From: Candidatus Limnocylindria bacterium
Lineage (GTDB): Bacteria; Chloroflexota; Limnocylindria; QHBO01
Direction of reading: 5' to 3'
Assembly (NCBI GenBank): GCA_038253355.1
Contig: JBBSHF010000002.1
Span: 1-58,963, forward strand
Length of the DNA stretch: 58,963 nucleotides
Position 1 is the stretch's first letter. Each line of letters starts with the position of its first letter. The notes beneath the pieces are model-generated. The model had not been told where the DNA came from. It did not search any database and was given only the letters and a program-made list of their open reading frames with translations. The translations under genes and the position numbers were made by a program. Below, one piece after another: positions 34,794 through 45,529 of the stretch.

Positions 34794-35000
34794 TCAGGCG
34801 GGGTCGTCAGTGGTGTCACTGTCGCCCAGTGCTTCGCGGCCTGCATCCTTGGCTTTGCCCCAGCCCTGCTGCAGGTTGCCCTCGGCCTGATCCTTCACGC
34901 CTTCGGCCTCGGTGCCGGGGTTATTGGTGGCGTCGCCCACCTTCTCCTCGGCCTTGCCCCAGCCTTCCTTGGCCGCGCCTTCGATGCGATCCTTATCCAT
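34794..35000 (-). CDS. CsbD-family stress protein
   Basis: MDKDRIEGAAKEGWGKAEEKVGDATNNPGTEAEGVKDQAEGNLQQGWGKAKD with GGAGGAG upstream. Only the last 68 codons of ORF 34794..35669 look coding. Confidence 0.75.
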   Translation of the reverse strand: MDKDRIEGAAKEGWGKAEEKVGDATNNPGTEAEGVKDQAEGNLQQGWGKAKDAGREALGDSDTTDDPA

Positions 35001-35184
35001 CGTTCTTCTCCTCCATGCTTCGCACGGCCAGGCGGCCGATGCACCACCGCTGAGGCAGGTGGCGTGCCACCGCGCATGCGCAGGACGATCGGCCCATGTG
35101 GGGCGCTGGCCCAGCACGGGTAGGATTTGCGCTCTGCGGCGCGGCGTTGCGCCTGCCTGCACATGACCTGAGGAGTCCCGGCTC

Positions 35185-35883
35185 GTGCTCATCGTCATCG
35201 GCGTCGGCCTGATCTTTGCCTTGCTCGGCGCCCTGGCCGAGCGGCTTGCCAGCGTCTGGCCCTCCGATGAGGCAAGCCGGCGGCGGTTGGGGCCGCGCAC
35301 CTTGATCCTGGCCCTGGTCTCCGGTGCCGCGGCAGGCGCGATCAGCTGGCGGTCGGAGCTTCCGGCGTGGGCGACCGCCGCGTACCTGGCGATCCTGGCG
35401 CTGCTGGTGATCCTGTCAGCCACCGATCTCGAGCAGCGCCGCCTGCCGCACCTGGTGCTCGACCCCCTGATCGTGGGGGTGATCGCCTTTGTTCCCTTCA
35501 ACCCGAGCGTGCACGTGGTCGACGCGCTGATCGGTGCAGCAGCAGCAGTCACCTTCCTGGGAGTGCTCGGCCTGCTTGTGCGCGGCGGCGTGGCGATGGG
35601 GGATCTGTATCTGATCGCGCCGCTCGGCCTGCTGCTCGGCTGGCCGGCCATCTTCCTGGCAATCTTCATTGCCGCACTGCTGGCAGCCGTCGCCAGTCTT
35701 GTGCTTCTCGTGTCGCGGCGGGTCGGGATGAAGAGCTACATCCCGTTCGGCCCGTTCCTGGCCGCCGGAGCGGTCCTCACCCTGCTGCGCGAGCCGCACC
35801 TGCTCGGCGATCGCTTGGCGCTGCTGCCCGACCTGCCGGTGGCGCTGGCGACCCTGATCGAGCATCTGCCGGGCATGCGCTGA
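35185..35883 (+). CDS. A24-family prepilin peptidase-like membrane protease
   Basis: Polytopic protein with SATDLEQRRLP and GVAMGDLYL (two catalytic Asp contexts). GTG start after GAGGAG. Confidence 0.7.
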   Translation: MLIVIGVGLIFALLGALAERLASVWPSDEASRRRLGPRTLILALVSGAAAGAISWRSELPAWATAAYLAILALLVILSATDLEQRRLPHLVLDPLIVGVIAFVPFNPSVHVVDALIGAAAAVTFLGVLGLLVRGGVAMGDLYLIAPLGLLLGWPAIFLAIFIAALLAAVASLVLLVSRRVGMKSYIPFGPFLAAGAVLTLLREPHLLGDRLALLPDLPVALATLIEHLPGMR

Positions 35884-36051
35884 CGGACGACATCGGTCCT
35901 GTTGCACGGACCCGGGGCGGGCAGGGTATCCTGTGCCGGTCATTCGTTCCGCGCAGGCCATTTCCACCCTGCGGTCGCGCGGCAAGGAACACGCGTCGGG
36001 CGCATCCAGATTGAAGACTCGGCGGCACTGAGTCGCCTTCCTCGGGAGCTC

Positions 36052-37353
36052 ATGTCGCAAGATTCACGCCATCCTCTGGCCATCCTCATCGTCGCACTGC
36101 TGCTGGCGCTCGTCGCGCTGCCGGGAAATGACAGCCGCAGCGCCCTCGCCGGTACTCCGACCGTCAACGATGCAATTGCCGAGCAGCAACGCATGCAGGC
36201 CGAGCTCGCGCAGCGCCAGGACCAGCTCGCCGAGCTGCAGCGCGATCAGGCCAGCCTGAGCAGCAGCCTGAAGGCGCTCAGCGGCAGTCTCGACAAGGTC
36301 GGCCTCGAGATCGATGCCGCGGCACGTCAGCTGGATCAGCTGTCCGCCGCGTTGACCAAGGCCAGGGCACAGCTCAAGGATTACCTGCAGCAGATCGCGA
36401 GCCTCGAAGCGGACCTGGCGAAGGTGGCCAGCGGGATCCAGCGGTCGAAAGTCGACCTCGCCGCGCGCCAGACGCTGCTGCAGGCCCATCTGCGCGCCGC
36501 CTATGAGCAGAGCCAGACCTCCGTACTGGAGGTGCTCCTCTCGACCGATTCCCTGAGCGACGCGACCAACCAGCTCGGGTTCATGCTCACGCTCTCGGAC
36601 GAGGACACGCGGCTGGCCCAGGAGATCAAGCAGGCGCGCCAGCGGCTCGAGATCAAGCAGACGACGCTGCGCGACGGACGCCAGACGCTCGCCGAGCTGC
36701 GCGACTCGACCGCGCAGCGTGCCGCCGTGCTCGACGGCGAGCAGAAGCAGGTGGCGGCAGCCAAGCGGATTCTGGACGGCAAGCGCCGGCAGCTCGCCAC
36801 GCTGCAGGCCGATCGTGAATCGCAGCTGGCCAGGACCGTGAAGAACGCAGCCGAGCAGGCACGCCTGATCCGCGCCCAGCAACGCGCGCTCGAAGGGCAG
36901 CGGGTCCTGGTCGAGCGCCTGAAGCAGGAGGCCCTCAAGCTCGACCTGGCGTTTCACGGTCGCTTCGCCTGGCCGGAGCGGGGCGATTTTGTCGTCACTC
37001 AGGAGTTCGGGCACACCTCGTTCGAGCAGTTCCACACCGGGATCGACATGGCCTACACCTCGCCGCACTGCGGCGGTCCCATCTACGCCGTGGCCGACGG
37101 AACGGTGCTGGCCGATGGACGACCCAACGCCGCCTACGGCGACACCGCCATCGGCGTGGTCATCGGCCACTCGCAGCGCCTGCAGAGCTGGTACTGGCAC
37201 ATGTCGCGCGAGATCGTGAGCGTCGACCAGAAGGTGCACGCCGGCGACCTCATCGGCTACGAGGGCGCCACCGGCATGGCGACCGGCTGTCACCTGCACT
37301 TCCAGGTGATGTTTGACGAGCAGCCGGTCAATCCGAGACTCTACCTGCCGTAG
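36052..37353 (+). CDS. M23 peptidoglycan DD-metalloendopeptidase with long N-terminal coiled coil
   Basis: Signal/TM segment, a Q/L/A-rich coiled coil, then HTGIDMA and ATGCHLHFQV. Confidence 0.8.
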   Translation: MSQDSRHPLAILIVALLLALVALPGNDSRSALAGTPTVNDAIAEQQRMQAELAQRQDQLAELQRDQASLSSSLKALSGSLDKVGLEIDAAARQLDQLSAALTKARAQLKDYLQQIASLEADLAKVASGIQRSKVDLAARQTLLQAHLRAAYEQSQTSVLEVLLSTDSLSDATNQLGFMLTLSDEDTRLAQEIKQARQRLEIKQTTLRDGRQTLAELRDSTAQRAAVLDGEQKQVAAAKRILDGKRRQLATLQADRESQLARTVKNAAEQARLIRAQQRALEGQRVLVERLKQEALKLDLAFHGRFAWPERGDFVVTQEFGHTSFEQFHTGIDMAYTSPHCGGPIYAVADGTVLADGRPNAAYGDTAIGVVIGHSQRLQSWYWHMSREIVSVDQKVHAGDLIGYEGATGMATGCHLHFQVMFDEQPVNPRLYLP

Positions 37354-37413
37354 ATCCATACGAGCGGGGCTCCGCACCCCGCCAGCCGATTCGACCGCAG
37401 GCGCGGCGGCTGC

Positions 37414-37419
37414 TACCGT
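37414..37419 (+). promoter_or_regulatory. -10-like TACCGT, 8 nt before the ATG at 37428
   Basis: Read directly: ctgcTACCGTagcgctcgATG. Confidence 0.3.
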
Positions 37420-37427
37420 AGCGCTCG

Positions 37428-40214
37428 ATGCACCCCGCCATGCAGCGTCGCCGCCATCGCCTGATGCTGCGCCGCACCACGTCACGGCGCAATCCACGTC
37501 GGGGATTGGCCACCTTCCTGCTCGGCGCCATCGCGGCGGTCGGGATCATGCTCGGCGGCTCGCTGGTGGGCACCGCCGGCGGCATGCTGGCGGCCTACAA
37601 CTACTTCGCCAGCGGCCTCCCGGACGCGCGCGTGCTGGACGGCATCCAGCTGCCGCAGTCGACCTACGTCTATGACCGCACCGGCAAGACCCTTCTGGCG
37701 CGCTTCGAGTGTCAGAACCGCGAGTCGGTCGCGTTCAAGGACATTCCAAAGGTCCTGGTCAATGCCACGGTGGCCAGCGAGGACCGCACCTTCTGGACGA
37801 ACAACGGGATCGATCCGCAGGGCATCGGCCGCGCCGTGCTGGCCAACCTGCAGGCCGGGGCGATCGTGCAGGGCGCCTCAACCATCACCCAGCAGGTGAT
37901 CAAGTACGCAGGCTCGATCAGGGAAGCAGCGCAGAAGGCGCCACCGCCCAGCGGCGCGCCGCGCGCTTCGGCCGAGCTCGATCCCAGCGCCAAACCGGCT
38001 GCAAACGAAACCGATGTCTGCCAGCCACCCGATCTGACGTTTCTCCAGGGACGCAGCTTCGAAACGAAGATCCGCGAGAACATCATGGCCACCAAGGTCA
38101 CCGAGGCCTACCCCGGTCGTGCTGGCAAGGAGCGCATCCTCGAGACCTACCTCAACCTGATCAACTACGGTAACGGCTCGTACGGGATTAAGGCGGCCGC
38201 CGCCAACTACTTCGGCACCACCAACCTGGGTGAGCTGGCCCTGCCGCAGGCGGCCTTCCTGGCGGGTCTGCCCCAGGCGCCCGGGGCGTACGATCCGTAC
38301 CTTGACAACCACGGCCCCAAGCGGGCGATGGAGCGCCGCAACCAGGTGCTCCGCTCGATGCTGGATGTCGCCTATATCACCAAGGCGCAGCACGACGCCG
38401 CCGTCAAGGTCACCTGGGAGCAGATGGGCCCGAGCCGCATCTCGTCGCCACTGCGCGAACCGCACTTCACCTTCCGCGTCCAGAAGGAGGCGGAGAGCAT
38501 CCTTGCCTCGCTGGGCTACAAGGATCCGCAGCAGGCAGTGCGCACCGGCGGCTTCAAGATCACGACCACCATTGACATGGGCCTGCAGGACGTGGCGCAC
38601 AAGCAGGTCGCCAAGTGGGTCAACGCACTGAGCGACAAGAACGTGCACAACGGCGCACTCGTCTCGATCGACTCAAAGACCGGCCAGATCGTGGCCTACG
38701 TGGGCAGCGTCGACTACTACGACCGCAAGGATCCGCGCGTGCAGGGTCAGTTCGACGTGGCCGGTCTCGGCCGCCGCCAGCCCGGATCAGCCTTCAAGCC
38801 GATCACCTACAGCTCGGGGTTCGTGGCCCGCGCGGTGACGCCGGCGACCTTCCTGCTGGACAACACCACGAAGTTCGGAACGGACCCGAAGCAGCTCTAC
38901 GTGCCCACCAACGCCGACATCAAGGACCATGGCCCGCTGCTGGCCACCGATGCGCTGCGCTACTCGCTCAACGTCCCGTCGGTGATGATGCAGTACCTGG
39001 TCGGACCGAAGGTTACCGCCAGGTTCGCCGAGTCGATGGGGGTCGCCAGCGCGAAGTACATCAACGACCTCGATCCGGGGCTGACCCTGACCCTGGGATC
39101 GGTGCCGATCAACCTGACCAACATGACCCAGGCCTACGGCGTCTTTGCCGAGCAGGGCGCCCTGCATACGGCGACCACCATCGTCGAGATCCGCGATCGC
39201 AATAACCGGATCGTCTACTCGCCAACGGCCAATGGCCCGGTCGTCAGGCATCCCATGACGGCGGCCGAGTCGTACCTGACGCACTGGATGCTGGAAGGCA
39301 ACACCAATCCGCAGACCAACGTGCTGTGGGGTTCGCGCGCGGAGCTGAAAACTCCCGACGGGCAGCGCCGGCACGCCGGCTTCAAGACCGGGACGACCAA
39401 CGACTTCCGCGACGTGTCCGGCTTTGGCTACGTGCCGGGCAGCCTGGTCACCGGCGTGTGGATGGGCAACAACAACCAGGAACCGATGTCGACGGTGCTG
39501 GGGCAGGGCCTCTTCTCGGCTGACGGACCGCTCTACCTGTGGCATGACTTCATGGAGATCGCCCTCAATCGACCATGGGATTGGAACGGCAAGAAGCCGG
39601 TGCCGCAGACCGATTTCGCACGCCCCGACGGCGTGACCGTCGCGAAGGTCTGCAAGTTCAGCGGCATGCTGGCCACGCCGCAGTGCGGCCAGACTCGCGA
39701 CATCCCGCTGTTGACCGGGACCGAACCGCCGCGCGACAACGTGCACAGCAGGGGTTGCTTCGACGTCGTGGCCGAGGTGCAGCAGGACTCGCGACGCCCA
39801 CAGCAGTGGATCGATTCCGCCAGGACCTGGGCCGATCGCTTCGTCAACGGCGAGCTCGGCGGCCGTGGCGATCCGAGCAAGATCAAGGAGGATCCGGACA
39901 AGATCCGTCTGTCGATCGCGCCGGTGCTGGGCAACAGCGGCTTCGGCGGCCCGATCTGCGGCGCTGTCCGACATCGGGCTGCGACACCCTCGCCGTCGGC
40001 GAGCGGTTCGCCCGGCGCATCGTCGTCCGGAAATCCCACGCCCAGCAGCTGCGTGCCCAAGCCGAAGAGGGGCCAGACCTGCCCGCCGCAGCCCACCGCC
40101 GCCGGACCTGGCTCGCCGACCGGTGCGTTTCTCGTCCCGCTCTTCGGCGCGCCCGCGCTGCTCGGGGCCATCCCGTACGTGGTGGCCCTGAGACGGCGCC
40201 GGCGACGACGCTGA
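37428..40214 (+). CDS. class A penicillin-binding protein (transglycosylase/transpeptidase, PBP1A-like)
   Basis: [29 protein letters not shown] and KTGTTND motifs. C-terminal Pro/Ser-rich region plus a TM-like tail. Confidence 0.85.
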   Translation: MHPAMQRRRHRLMLRRTTSRRNPRRGLATFLLGAIAAVGIMLGGSLVGTAGGMLAAYNYFASGLPDARVLDGIQLPQSTYVYDRTGKTLLARFECQNRESVAFKDIPKVLVNATVASEDRTFWTNNGIDPQGIGRAVLANLQAGAIVQGASTITQQVIKYAGSIREAAQKAPPPSGAPRASAELDPSAKPAANETDVCQPPDLTFLQGRSFETKIRENIMATKVTEAYPGRAGKERILETYLNLINYGNGSYGIKAAAANYFGTTNLGELALPQAAFLAGLPQAPGAYDPYLDNHGPKRAMERRNQVLRSMLDVAYITKAQHDAAVKVTWEQMGPSRISSPLREPHFTFRVQKEAESILASLGYKDPQQAVRTGGFKITTTIDMGLQDVAHKQVAKWVNALSDKNVHNGALVSIDSKTGQIVAYVGSVDYYDRKDPRVQGQFDVAGLGRRQPGSAFKPITYSSGFVARAVTPATFLLDNTTKFGTDPKQLYVPTNADIKDHGPLLATDALRYSLNVPSVMMQYLVGPKVTARFAESMGVASAKYINDLDPGLTLTLGSVPINLTNMTQAYGVFAEQGALHTATTIVEIRDRNNRIVYSPTANGPVVRHPMTAAESYLTHWMLEGNTNPQTNVLWGSRAELKTPDGQRRHAGFKTGTTNDFRDVSGFGYVPGSLVTGVWMGNNNQEPMSTVLGQGLFSADGPLYLWHDFMEIALNRPWDWNGKKPVPQTDFARPDGVTVAKVCKFSGMLATPQCGQTRDIPLLTGTEPPRDNVHSRGCFDVVAEVQQDSRRPQQWIDSARTWADRFVNGELGGRGDPSKIKEDPDKIRLSIAPVLGNSGFGGPICGAVRHRAATPSPSASGSPGASSSGNPTPSSCVPKPKRGQTCPPQPTAAGPGSPTGAFLVPLFGAPALLGAIPYVVALRRRRRRR

Positions 40215-40248
40215 GCGGCAGCATTCGCGGCGCGCGCGGAAACGGGCC

Positions 40249-41508
40249 ATGCCGGCATCGGTCCTGACGCTGATCCTCGCCGGTGGCGAGGGTGAGCGGC
40301 TCTCCATTCTCTCGCAGGTGCGCGCCAAGCCCGGCGTGCCGTTCGGCGGCAAGTACCGGATCATCGACTTCGCGCTGAGCAACACCGTCAACTCCGGCCT
40401 CTCCGACGTCGGCATCCTGACGCAGTACGCCCCGCGCTCGCTGATCGATCATATCGGCGTCGGGCGGCCGTGGGATCTCGATCGCAGCCGCGGCGGCGTG
40501 GCCCTGCTGCAGCCGTACATCGGTCGTGGACGAGCGCGCGACTGGTATCGCGGCACCGCCGACGCCGTGCTGCAGAACCTCGACTTCGTGGCCGATCGCG
40601 ATCCCGAGCTGGTCCTGGTGCTGGCCGGCGACCACGTCTACAAGATGGACTACCGGCTGTTCATCGAGCAGCATCGCGCGACGGGCGCCGAGGTCACCTG
40701 CGCGGTGCGCACCGTGCCCATCGAGGAGGCGCACCGCTTCGGAATCCTGGACGTCGACCCCAGCGGACGGGTGACGGACTTCATCGAGAAACCGGCCAAC
40801 CCGCCGTCGAACCTGGTGAGCATGGGCGTCTACGTCTTCGCGTGGCCCTTCCTGCGCGAGATCCTGAGCCCCGACCGCGTCGATTTCGGGCGCGACGTGC
40901 TGCCCCGCATGGTCACCTCGGGCCGGCGCGTGTACGCCTACGAGTTCGACGGCTACTGGCAGGATGTCGGCACCATCGAAAGCTACTGGCGCACCAACCT
41001 CGACCTGCTCAGCGACGATCCAGGGATCGACCTGTACGAGCGCGGCTGGCTGATCTACACCCGCAGCGAGGAGCGCGCGCCGGCCATGATCCGGCCCGGC
41101 TCGACGGTCAGTCGCAGCATGATCAGCCACGGCTGCGTGATCGATGGCACCGTCGAGCACAGCGTCCTGTCGCCCGGCGTGCGCGTCGCTGCCGGTGCCC
41201 TCGTCCGCGACTCGATCGTCATGTTCGACAGCGTGATTGGCCCTGGGGCGGTCCTCGACCGAGCCATCGTCGACAAGGAATGCGTCATCGGCGACGGCGC
41301 ACAGGTAGGCTCCGGGGACGACCTGCGGCCGAACCGTGACGAGCCGGAGCGGCTGTACTCCGGCCTCACGATCGTCGGCAAGCAGGCGCGCGTGCCGGCC
41401 CGGGTGGTGATCGGCCGCAACTGCCGGATCGATCCAGGTGTCACCCAGGCCGACTTCGGTCGGCGAAAGCGCATCAATTCTGGCGAGACGGTCGTCCATG
41501 ACGGCTGA
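40249..41508 (+). CDS. glgC: glucose-1-phosphate adenylyltransferase
   Basis: [36 protein letters not shown] with a left-handed beta-helix C-terminus. Confidence 0.85.
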   Translation: MPASVLTLILAGGEGERLSILSQVRAKPGVPFGGKYRIIDFALSNTVNSGLSDVGILTQYAPRSLIDHIGVGRPWDLDRSRGGVALLQPYIGRGRARDWYRGTADAVLQNLDFVADRDPELVLVLAGDHVYKMDYRLFIEQHRATGAEVTCAVRTVPIEEAHRFGILDVDPSGRVTDFIEKPANPPSNLVSMGVYVFAWPFLREILSPDRVDFGRDVLPRMVTSGRRVYAYEFDGYWQDVGTIESYWRTNLDLLSDDPGIDLYERGWLIYTRSEERAPAMIRPGSTVSRSMISHGCVIDGTVEHSVLSPGVRVAAGALVRDSIVMFDSVIGPGAVLDRAIVDKECVIGDGAQVGSGDDLRPNRDEPERLYSGLTIVGKQARVPARVVIGRNCRIDPGVTQADFGRRKRINSGETVVHDG

Positions 41509-42073
41509 GCCGGCGCCGCCGCTCGATGCGTGGCTCGCCGAGCTGGGGGTCGAGGTGGTGGGCGCCAGCGGCTCGGCGCATGATCCTGCCTTCAGCCGCG
41601 ACGTCCTGCTCGATGGCGATCGGCGCTTCGACCTGCGTGTCACGCTCGCCTGGGTGGCGGGCGTGGGCCTGTCGCTGTGGGCCTACTACGGCCTCGAAGC
41701 CATGGAGATCCCCAAGAGGACCTATGGACGGATGCTGCGCGCCAACTTTGACTATCCATTCGTGAAGTTCGCCATGACCGATGATGATCGGCCGATGCTG
41801 ATGACCGAGCTGCCGGCCTCGGCCCTGGATCGCGAGCAGGTGGCCCGCGGCCTCGTGCGCCTGGTGGTCGTTGCCGACCGCCTCCTGGAAGAGACCGCCG
41901 CGGCGGTCGTCGATCGTGGCCAGCTCCCTGATTGGCGTGGCCGCGAGGGGCGAAACGGTGACCTGCTGGCCGCGTACCGAGCCGAGGTCGAGGCGGCCAT
42001 GCCGGCCTGGGAAGCACCGCTTCCGCGGCGCCGGCGGCGCGGACTCGTTACACGACTGCTGGGTGCTCGATGA
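41498..42073 (+). CDS. YbjN-like (putative sensory/chaperone-fold) hypothetical protein
   Basis: 191 aa, 11-nt overlap with glgC. YbjN-like pattern (RMLRANFDYPFVKFAMTDDDRPMLMTELP). Low-confidence family call. Confidence 0.5.
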   Translation: MTAEPAPPLDAWLAELGVEVVGASGSAHDPAFSRDVLLDGDRRFDLRVTLAWVAGVGLSLWAYYGLEAMEIPKRTYGRMLRANFDYPFVKFAMTDDDRPMLMTELPASALDREQVARGLVRLVVVADRLLEETAAAVVDRGQLPDWRGREGRNGDLLAAYRAEVEAAMPAWEAPLPRRRRRGLVTRLLGAR

Positions 42074-44037
42074 GGCGGCGCCTGCCCGTCTGGCTGGTTG
42101 CCCTCGCCGCGGTCCTGGGTTCGCTGGCGCCCATCGGCCACAGCCCTCCGGTTCGCGCCGCCGAGCCGTACACCCTGGCGACCGGCGCGCGCTACCACGT
42201 GCAGGTCGAGAAGCGCTCTGTCGCGGTGACGGTGGCGGTGACCTTCACCAACCTGACGCCCGATCCTGCGGGCAGCTTCAGCGTCTTCGAGACCGTGCCG
42301 CTGGCGGTGCACGACGTGGCGGCATCGGTCAGCGCCAGGGACGCCAGGGGCTCGCTGGCGCTGAAGGTGGCGATGCAGAAGGGATCCGACGGCAAGCCGG
42401 TCAACGTCGCGACCGTCAAGCTGCGCCAGGCGCTGCGCTACCGGAAGAGCGCCGCCTTCACCCTGAGCTACCGCCTGCCCGATGGCAAGGATCCGGCGAT
42501 CCACGTTCGGGCGGCGGTGGTCACCTTTCCGGTGTGGAGCTTCGGCACGAGCAGCGTGGTGACCGTCGACCTGCCCGCCGCCTACGAGGTGCGCGCCGAT
42601 GGTGATCCGCTGACCGCCGCGCGCAGCGGGGACATCACCACCCTGAGCAGCGGCAAGATCGCCGATCCCGCGCACTGGCTGGCACTGCTGAGTGCCGATC
42701 GCGAGACGCCAATGCAGACCACGTCGGCCAGTGTGCCGCTCGATGGCGGGACGCTCGACCTCAAGGTGAATGCCTGGGTCGACGACGTGGCATGGGGCAG
42801 TTCGACGCTCGCAGTGCTGAGCGGCGCGCTGCCACGCCTGCAGAAGGCGATCGGCCTCCCGTACTCCGGGCTCGGGCCGCTGCTGGTGACCGAGGCGCTG
42901 CCGAGCTCCGAGGCGGCAATTGGCGAGGCGCAGCCCGGGGCCCAGGAGTTGCAGATCGCGTTCGATGCGCCCCGCTTCACCGTGCTGCACCAGGCCGCGC
43001 ACGTGTGGCTGGGCGACCAGCTCATCGGGCAGCGCTGGATTGGCGAGGGCCTGGCCTCGCACTACGCCGCGGAGGTGGCGGGCGAGATGAAGGTCAAGCC
43101 ACCCTACGATCCGGCCAGGCAGGCCGGCGCCGCGGCCAAGGATGCCTTCCCGCTCGAGGAGTGGACCGCGGACGGGACGGACGCGCAGGGCGGATACGCA
43201 TATGCCGCTGCGTGGGCGTTCGTCGACGGCCTGGCTGGCAAAGTCGGCGACGACACGATCCGCAGCGTCCTGCAGCGCGCCGCGGCCGGGATGGATGCGT
43301 ATGAGCCTGTTGGGGATGGCGCGCCGCGGGCCAGCGGCCGGCCGGTCACCGCGCTCGACTCGCGCCGCCTGCTCGACCAGCTGGAGGCGTTGAGCGGCCG
43401 CGGCCTGGGCGCCGACTTCAACGCCACGGTTTTCGGCGCCGAGTCACGCGGGCTGCTTCCGGCACGTGCCGCCGCGCGGACCGCCTATGCCGGGCTGCTC
43501 CGCCGCGCGGGCGATTGGGGCGCGCCGGATCCCACGCGGACGGCCATGGCAGCCTGGCGCTACGACGAGGCGACGCCCCAGATCGGCGCCGCGCAGGATT
43601 GGCTGGCCGATCGCGACACGCTGCTCGCCGCAGTGGAGCGTGCCGGCCTTTCGGCGCCGCAGCGTCTGCGCGATCGTTACCAGAGCAGTGGTGGCGGCGC
43701 CGAGGCGCGCGACGAGCTGAATGCCGAACGGGCCGTGGTCACCGACTACCAGGCGGTCCTGGACCGCGGCAGCGCCAGCCGCTCGCTGCTGCAGCGCATC
43801 GGTCTGTTGGGTGCCCAGGACCCTGACGTGCTGCTCGCGGACGCGCATGGCCGCTTCGCGGACGGTGACCTGCGTGGCGCGGCCGATGCCACCTCGCAGG
43901 CGCGGCTGCGTCTGGATGGTGCCGAGGCGAGCGGCCTGCTGCGCCTGGCGAGCGTTGTCGTCGTGCTGCTGATCGCGCTGATCGTCGCCTTCTACCTGCT
44001 GCGCCGTCGTCGTACACTGCTCCGCCATGACGGTTGA
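42070..44037 (+). CDS. secreted, C-terminally anchored M1-aminopeptidase-like protein with HQxxH in place of HExxH
   Basis: Signal peptide (LVALAAVLGSLAP), HQAAHVWLGDQLIGQRWIGEGLASHY at 42988-43065, and a C-terminal TM helix plus RRRR. Confidence 0.6.
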   Translation: MRRRLPVWLVALAAVLGSLAPIGHSPPVRAAEPYTLATGARYHVQVEKRSVAVTVAVTFTNLTPDPAGSFSVFETVPLAVHDVAASVSARDARGSLALKVAMQKGSDGKPVNVATVKLRQALRYRKSAAFTLSYRLPDGKDPAIHVRAAVVTFPVWSFGTSSVVTVDLPAAYEVRADGDPLTAARSGDITTLSSGKIADPAHWLALLSADRETPMQTTSASVPLDGGTLDLKVNAWVDDVAWGSSTLAVLSGALPRLQKAIGLPYSGLGPLLVTEALPSSEAAIGEAQPGAQELQIAFDAPRFTVLHQAAHVWLGDQLIGQRWIGEGLASHYAAEVAGEMKVKPPYDPARQAGAAAKDAFPLEEWTADGTDAQGGYAYAAAWAFVDGLAGKVGDDTIRSVLQRAAAGMDAYEPVGDGAPRASGRPVTALDSRRLLDQLEALSGRGLGADFNATVFGAESRGLLPARAAARTAYAGLLRRAGDWGAPDPTRTAMAAWRYDEATPQIGAAQDWLADRDTLLAAVERAGLSAPQRLRDRYQSSGGGAEARDELNAERAVVTDYQAVLDRGSASRSLLQRIGLLGAQDPDVLLADAHGRFADGDLRGAADATSQARLRLDGAEASGLLRLASVVVVLLIALIVAFYLLRRRRTLLRHDG

Positions 44038-45082
44038 CGACCTGCAGGGCGACCCGCACGCCCAGGCGCCGCGCTTCCAGCCGGCGGCCGACGTTCTCTC
44101 GGGAGAGACCGCCGACGTCTATTTCGAGCGCGCCGCTGCGATCCTGAAGGCCGAGCACCTCGACCCGGTGGTCAGCATGGAGATCTTCGCCCGGGCCGAC
44201 GGCATCCTGTGCGGCGCCGAGGAGGCGCTCGCCTATCTGCGCGAGATCCTGGGCAATGGCAAGCGCTTCGACCATGAGCCGCTGGTCGAGTCGCTGCACG
44301 ACGGCGAGGCCATCAGCCGCAAGGAGGTGGTGATGCGCATCCGCGCGAGGTACTCCGCCTTCGGCCTGTACGAGACGGCAATCCTGGGGATCTTGGCGCA
44401 GTGCACCGGCTGGGCGACCGCGGCGCGGCGCATCGTCGACGCCGCGGCACCCATTCCGGTCATCGGCTTCGGGGCTCGGCACGTCCACCCCAGCGTGGCC
44501 GACCAGATGGACTATGCCAGCGTCATCGGCGGCTGCATCGGCGCATCCACGCCAGCCGGCGCGCGGCTGGCCGGACTTGCCCCTACCGGCACCATGCCGC
44601 ACGCCTTCATCCTGATCTTCGGCGACACGGTGCGTGCCGTCGAGGCGTTCGACCGCCACGTCGATCCCGAGGTGCCGCGCATTGCGCTGGTCGACACCTT
44701 CAAGGATGAGGCGGAGGAATCGCTGCGGGTCGCCGACGCGCTCGGTGAGCGGCTGTGGGGCGTTCGCCTCGACACGCCCAGCGAGCGCGGCCGGGTGACG
44801 GCTGATCTCGTCAAGGAGGTGCGCGCACGACTTGACCTGGCGGGGCATTCGCACGTCCGCATCGTGATCTCGGGCGGGCTCGACGCGGAGCGGATCGACT
44901 ACTTCAAGGCAGCCGGGGCCCCGGTCGACTCGTTCGCGGTGGGCTCGGCCATCTCGGACGCCAGCCCCATAGACTTCACCGGTGATCTCAAGGAGATCGA
45001 CGGGCGGCCCATCGCCAAGCGCGGCCGGATCCCCGGGCTGACGGCCAATCCCAGGTTGGAGCGTATCGACCTGCACGCCTGA
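44027..45082 (+). CDS. nicotinate phosphoribosyltransferase family protein
   Basis: PRTase type II pattern (GTMPHAFILIF, VDTFKDE, GVRLDTPSERG, ISGGLD). Confidence 0.8.
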   Translation: MTVDDLQGDPHAQAPRFQPAADVLSGETADVYFERAAAILKAEHLDPVVSMEIFARADGILCGAEEALAYLREILGNGKRFDHEPLVESLHDGEAISRKEVVMRIRARYSAFGLYETAILGILAQCTGWATAARRIVDAAAPIPVIGFGARHVHPSVADQMDYASVIGGCIGASTPAGARLAGLAPTGTMPHAFILIFGDTVRAVEAFDRHVDPEVPRIALVDTFKDEAEESLRVADALGERLWGVRLDTPSERGRVTADLVKEVRARLDLAGHSHVRIVISGGLDAERIDYFKAAGAPVDSFAVGSAISDASPIDFTGDLKEIDGRPIAKRGRIPGLTANPRLERIDLHA

Positions 45083-45129
45083 GCCACGCCGTTCGGCGCG
45101 GCACGGGTCTGGCATGCATCGGCATCGTC

Positions 45130-45528
45130 ATGGAGTCCCAGGCGCAGGATGAGCAGCAGCCGAGCGGCGAGCGCGAGTCCGCCTACGAGCTCTTTCGACG
45201 CGGGTCGCGGCTGCTGGCCGAACGGCATCCGGGTGCCGCCGCGGTGGTGCTCGAGCGGGCGTCGCGCCTCGAGCCGGGCAAGGCGTCGATCCTCGAGGCC
45301 CTCGGCCGCGCCTACTACAACCAGGGACAGCCGCAGCTGGCCGCCGAACGCTTCCGCCAGATCGTCGAGCGCGATCCACTGGCGCACTACAGCCATTTCG
45401 GCCTGGGCCTCAGCCTGCGGCGGCTGGGTGAGACCGATGCTGCGCGGCGCCATCTCAAGATGGCCGTCTCGCTGAAGCCGCAGATCGCGGACTATCGGCG
45501 CGCCCTGCAGCGCCTCGGGGCGGCGTAG
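45130..45528 (+). CDS. small TPR-repeat protein
   Basis: ILEALGRAYYNQGQPQLAAERFRQIVERDPLAHYSHFGLGLSLRRLGETDAARRHLKMAV. Confidence 0.7.
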   Translation: MESQAQDEQQPSGERESAYELFRRGSRLLAERHPGAAAVVLERASRLEPGKASILEALGRAYYNQGQPQLAAERFRQIVERDPLAHYSHFGLGLSLRRLGETDAARRHLKMAVSLKPQIADYRRALQRLGAA

Positions 45529-45529
45529 C

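Noticed and set aside
35884-36051. Cyclic-di-AMP (ydaO) riboswitch upstream of the M23 cell-wall hydrolase
   Set aside because: The context is typical for ydaO in Gram-positives, but I could not find the conserved pseudo-symmetric ACGGGG/CCCGA-type cores by eye. It is left unreported as a feature; cmscan against RF00379 would settle it.
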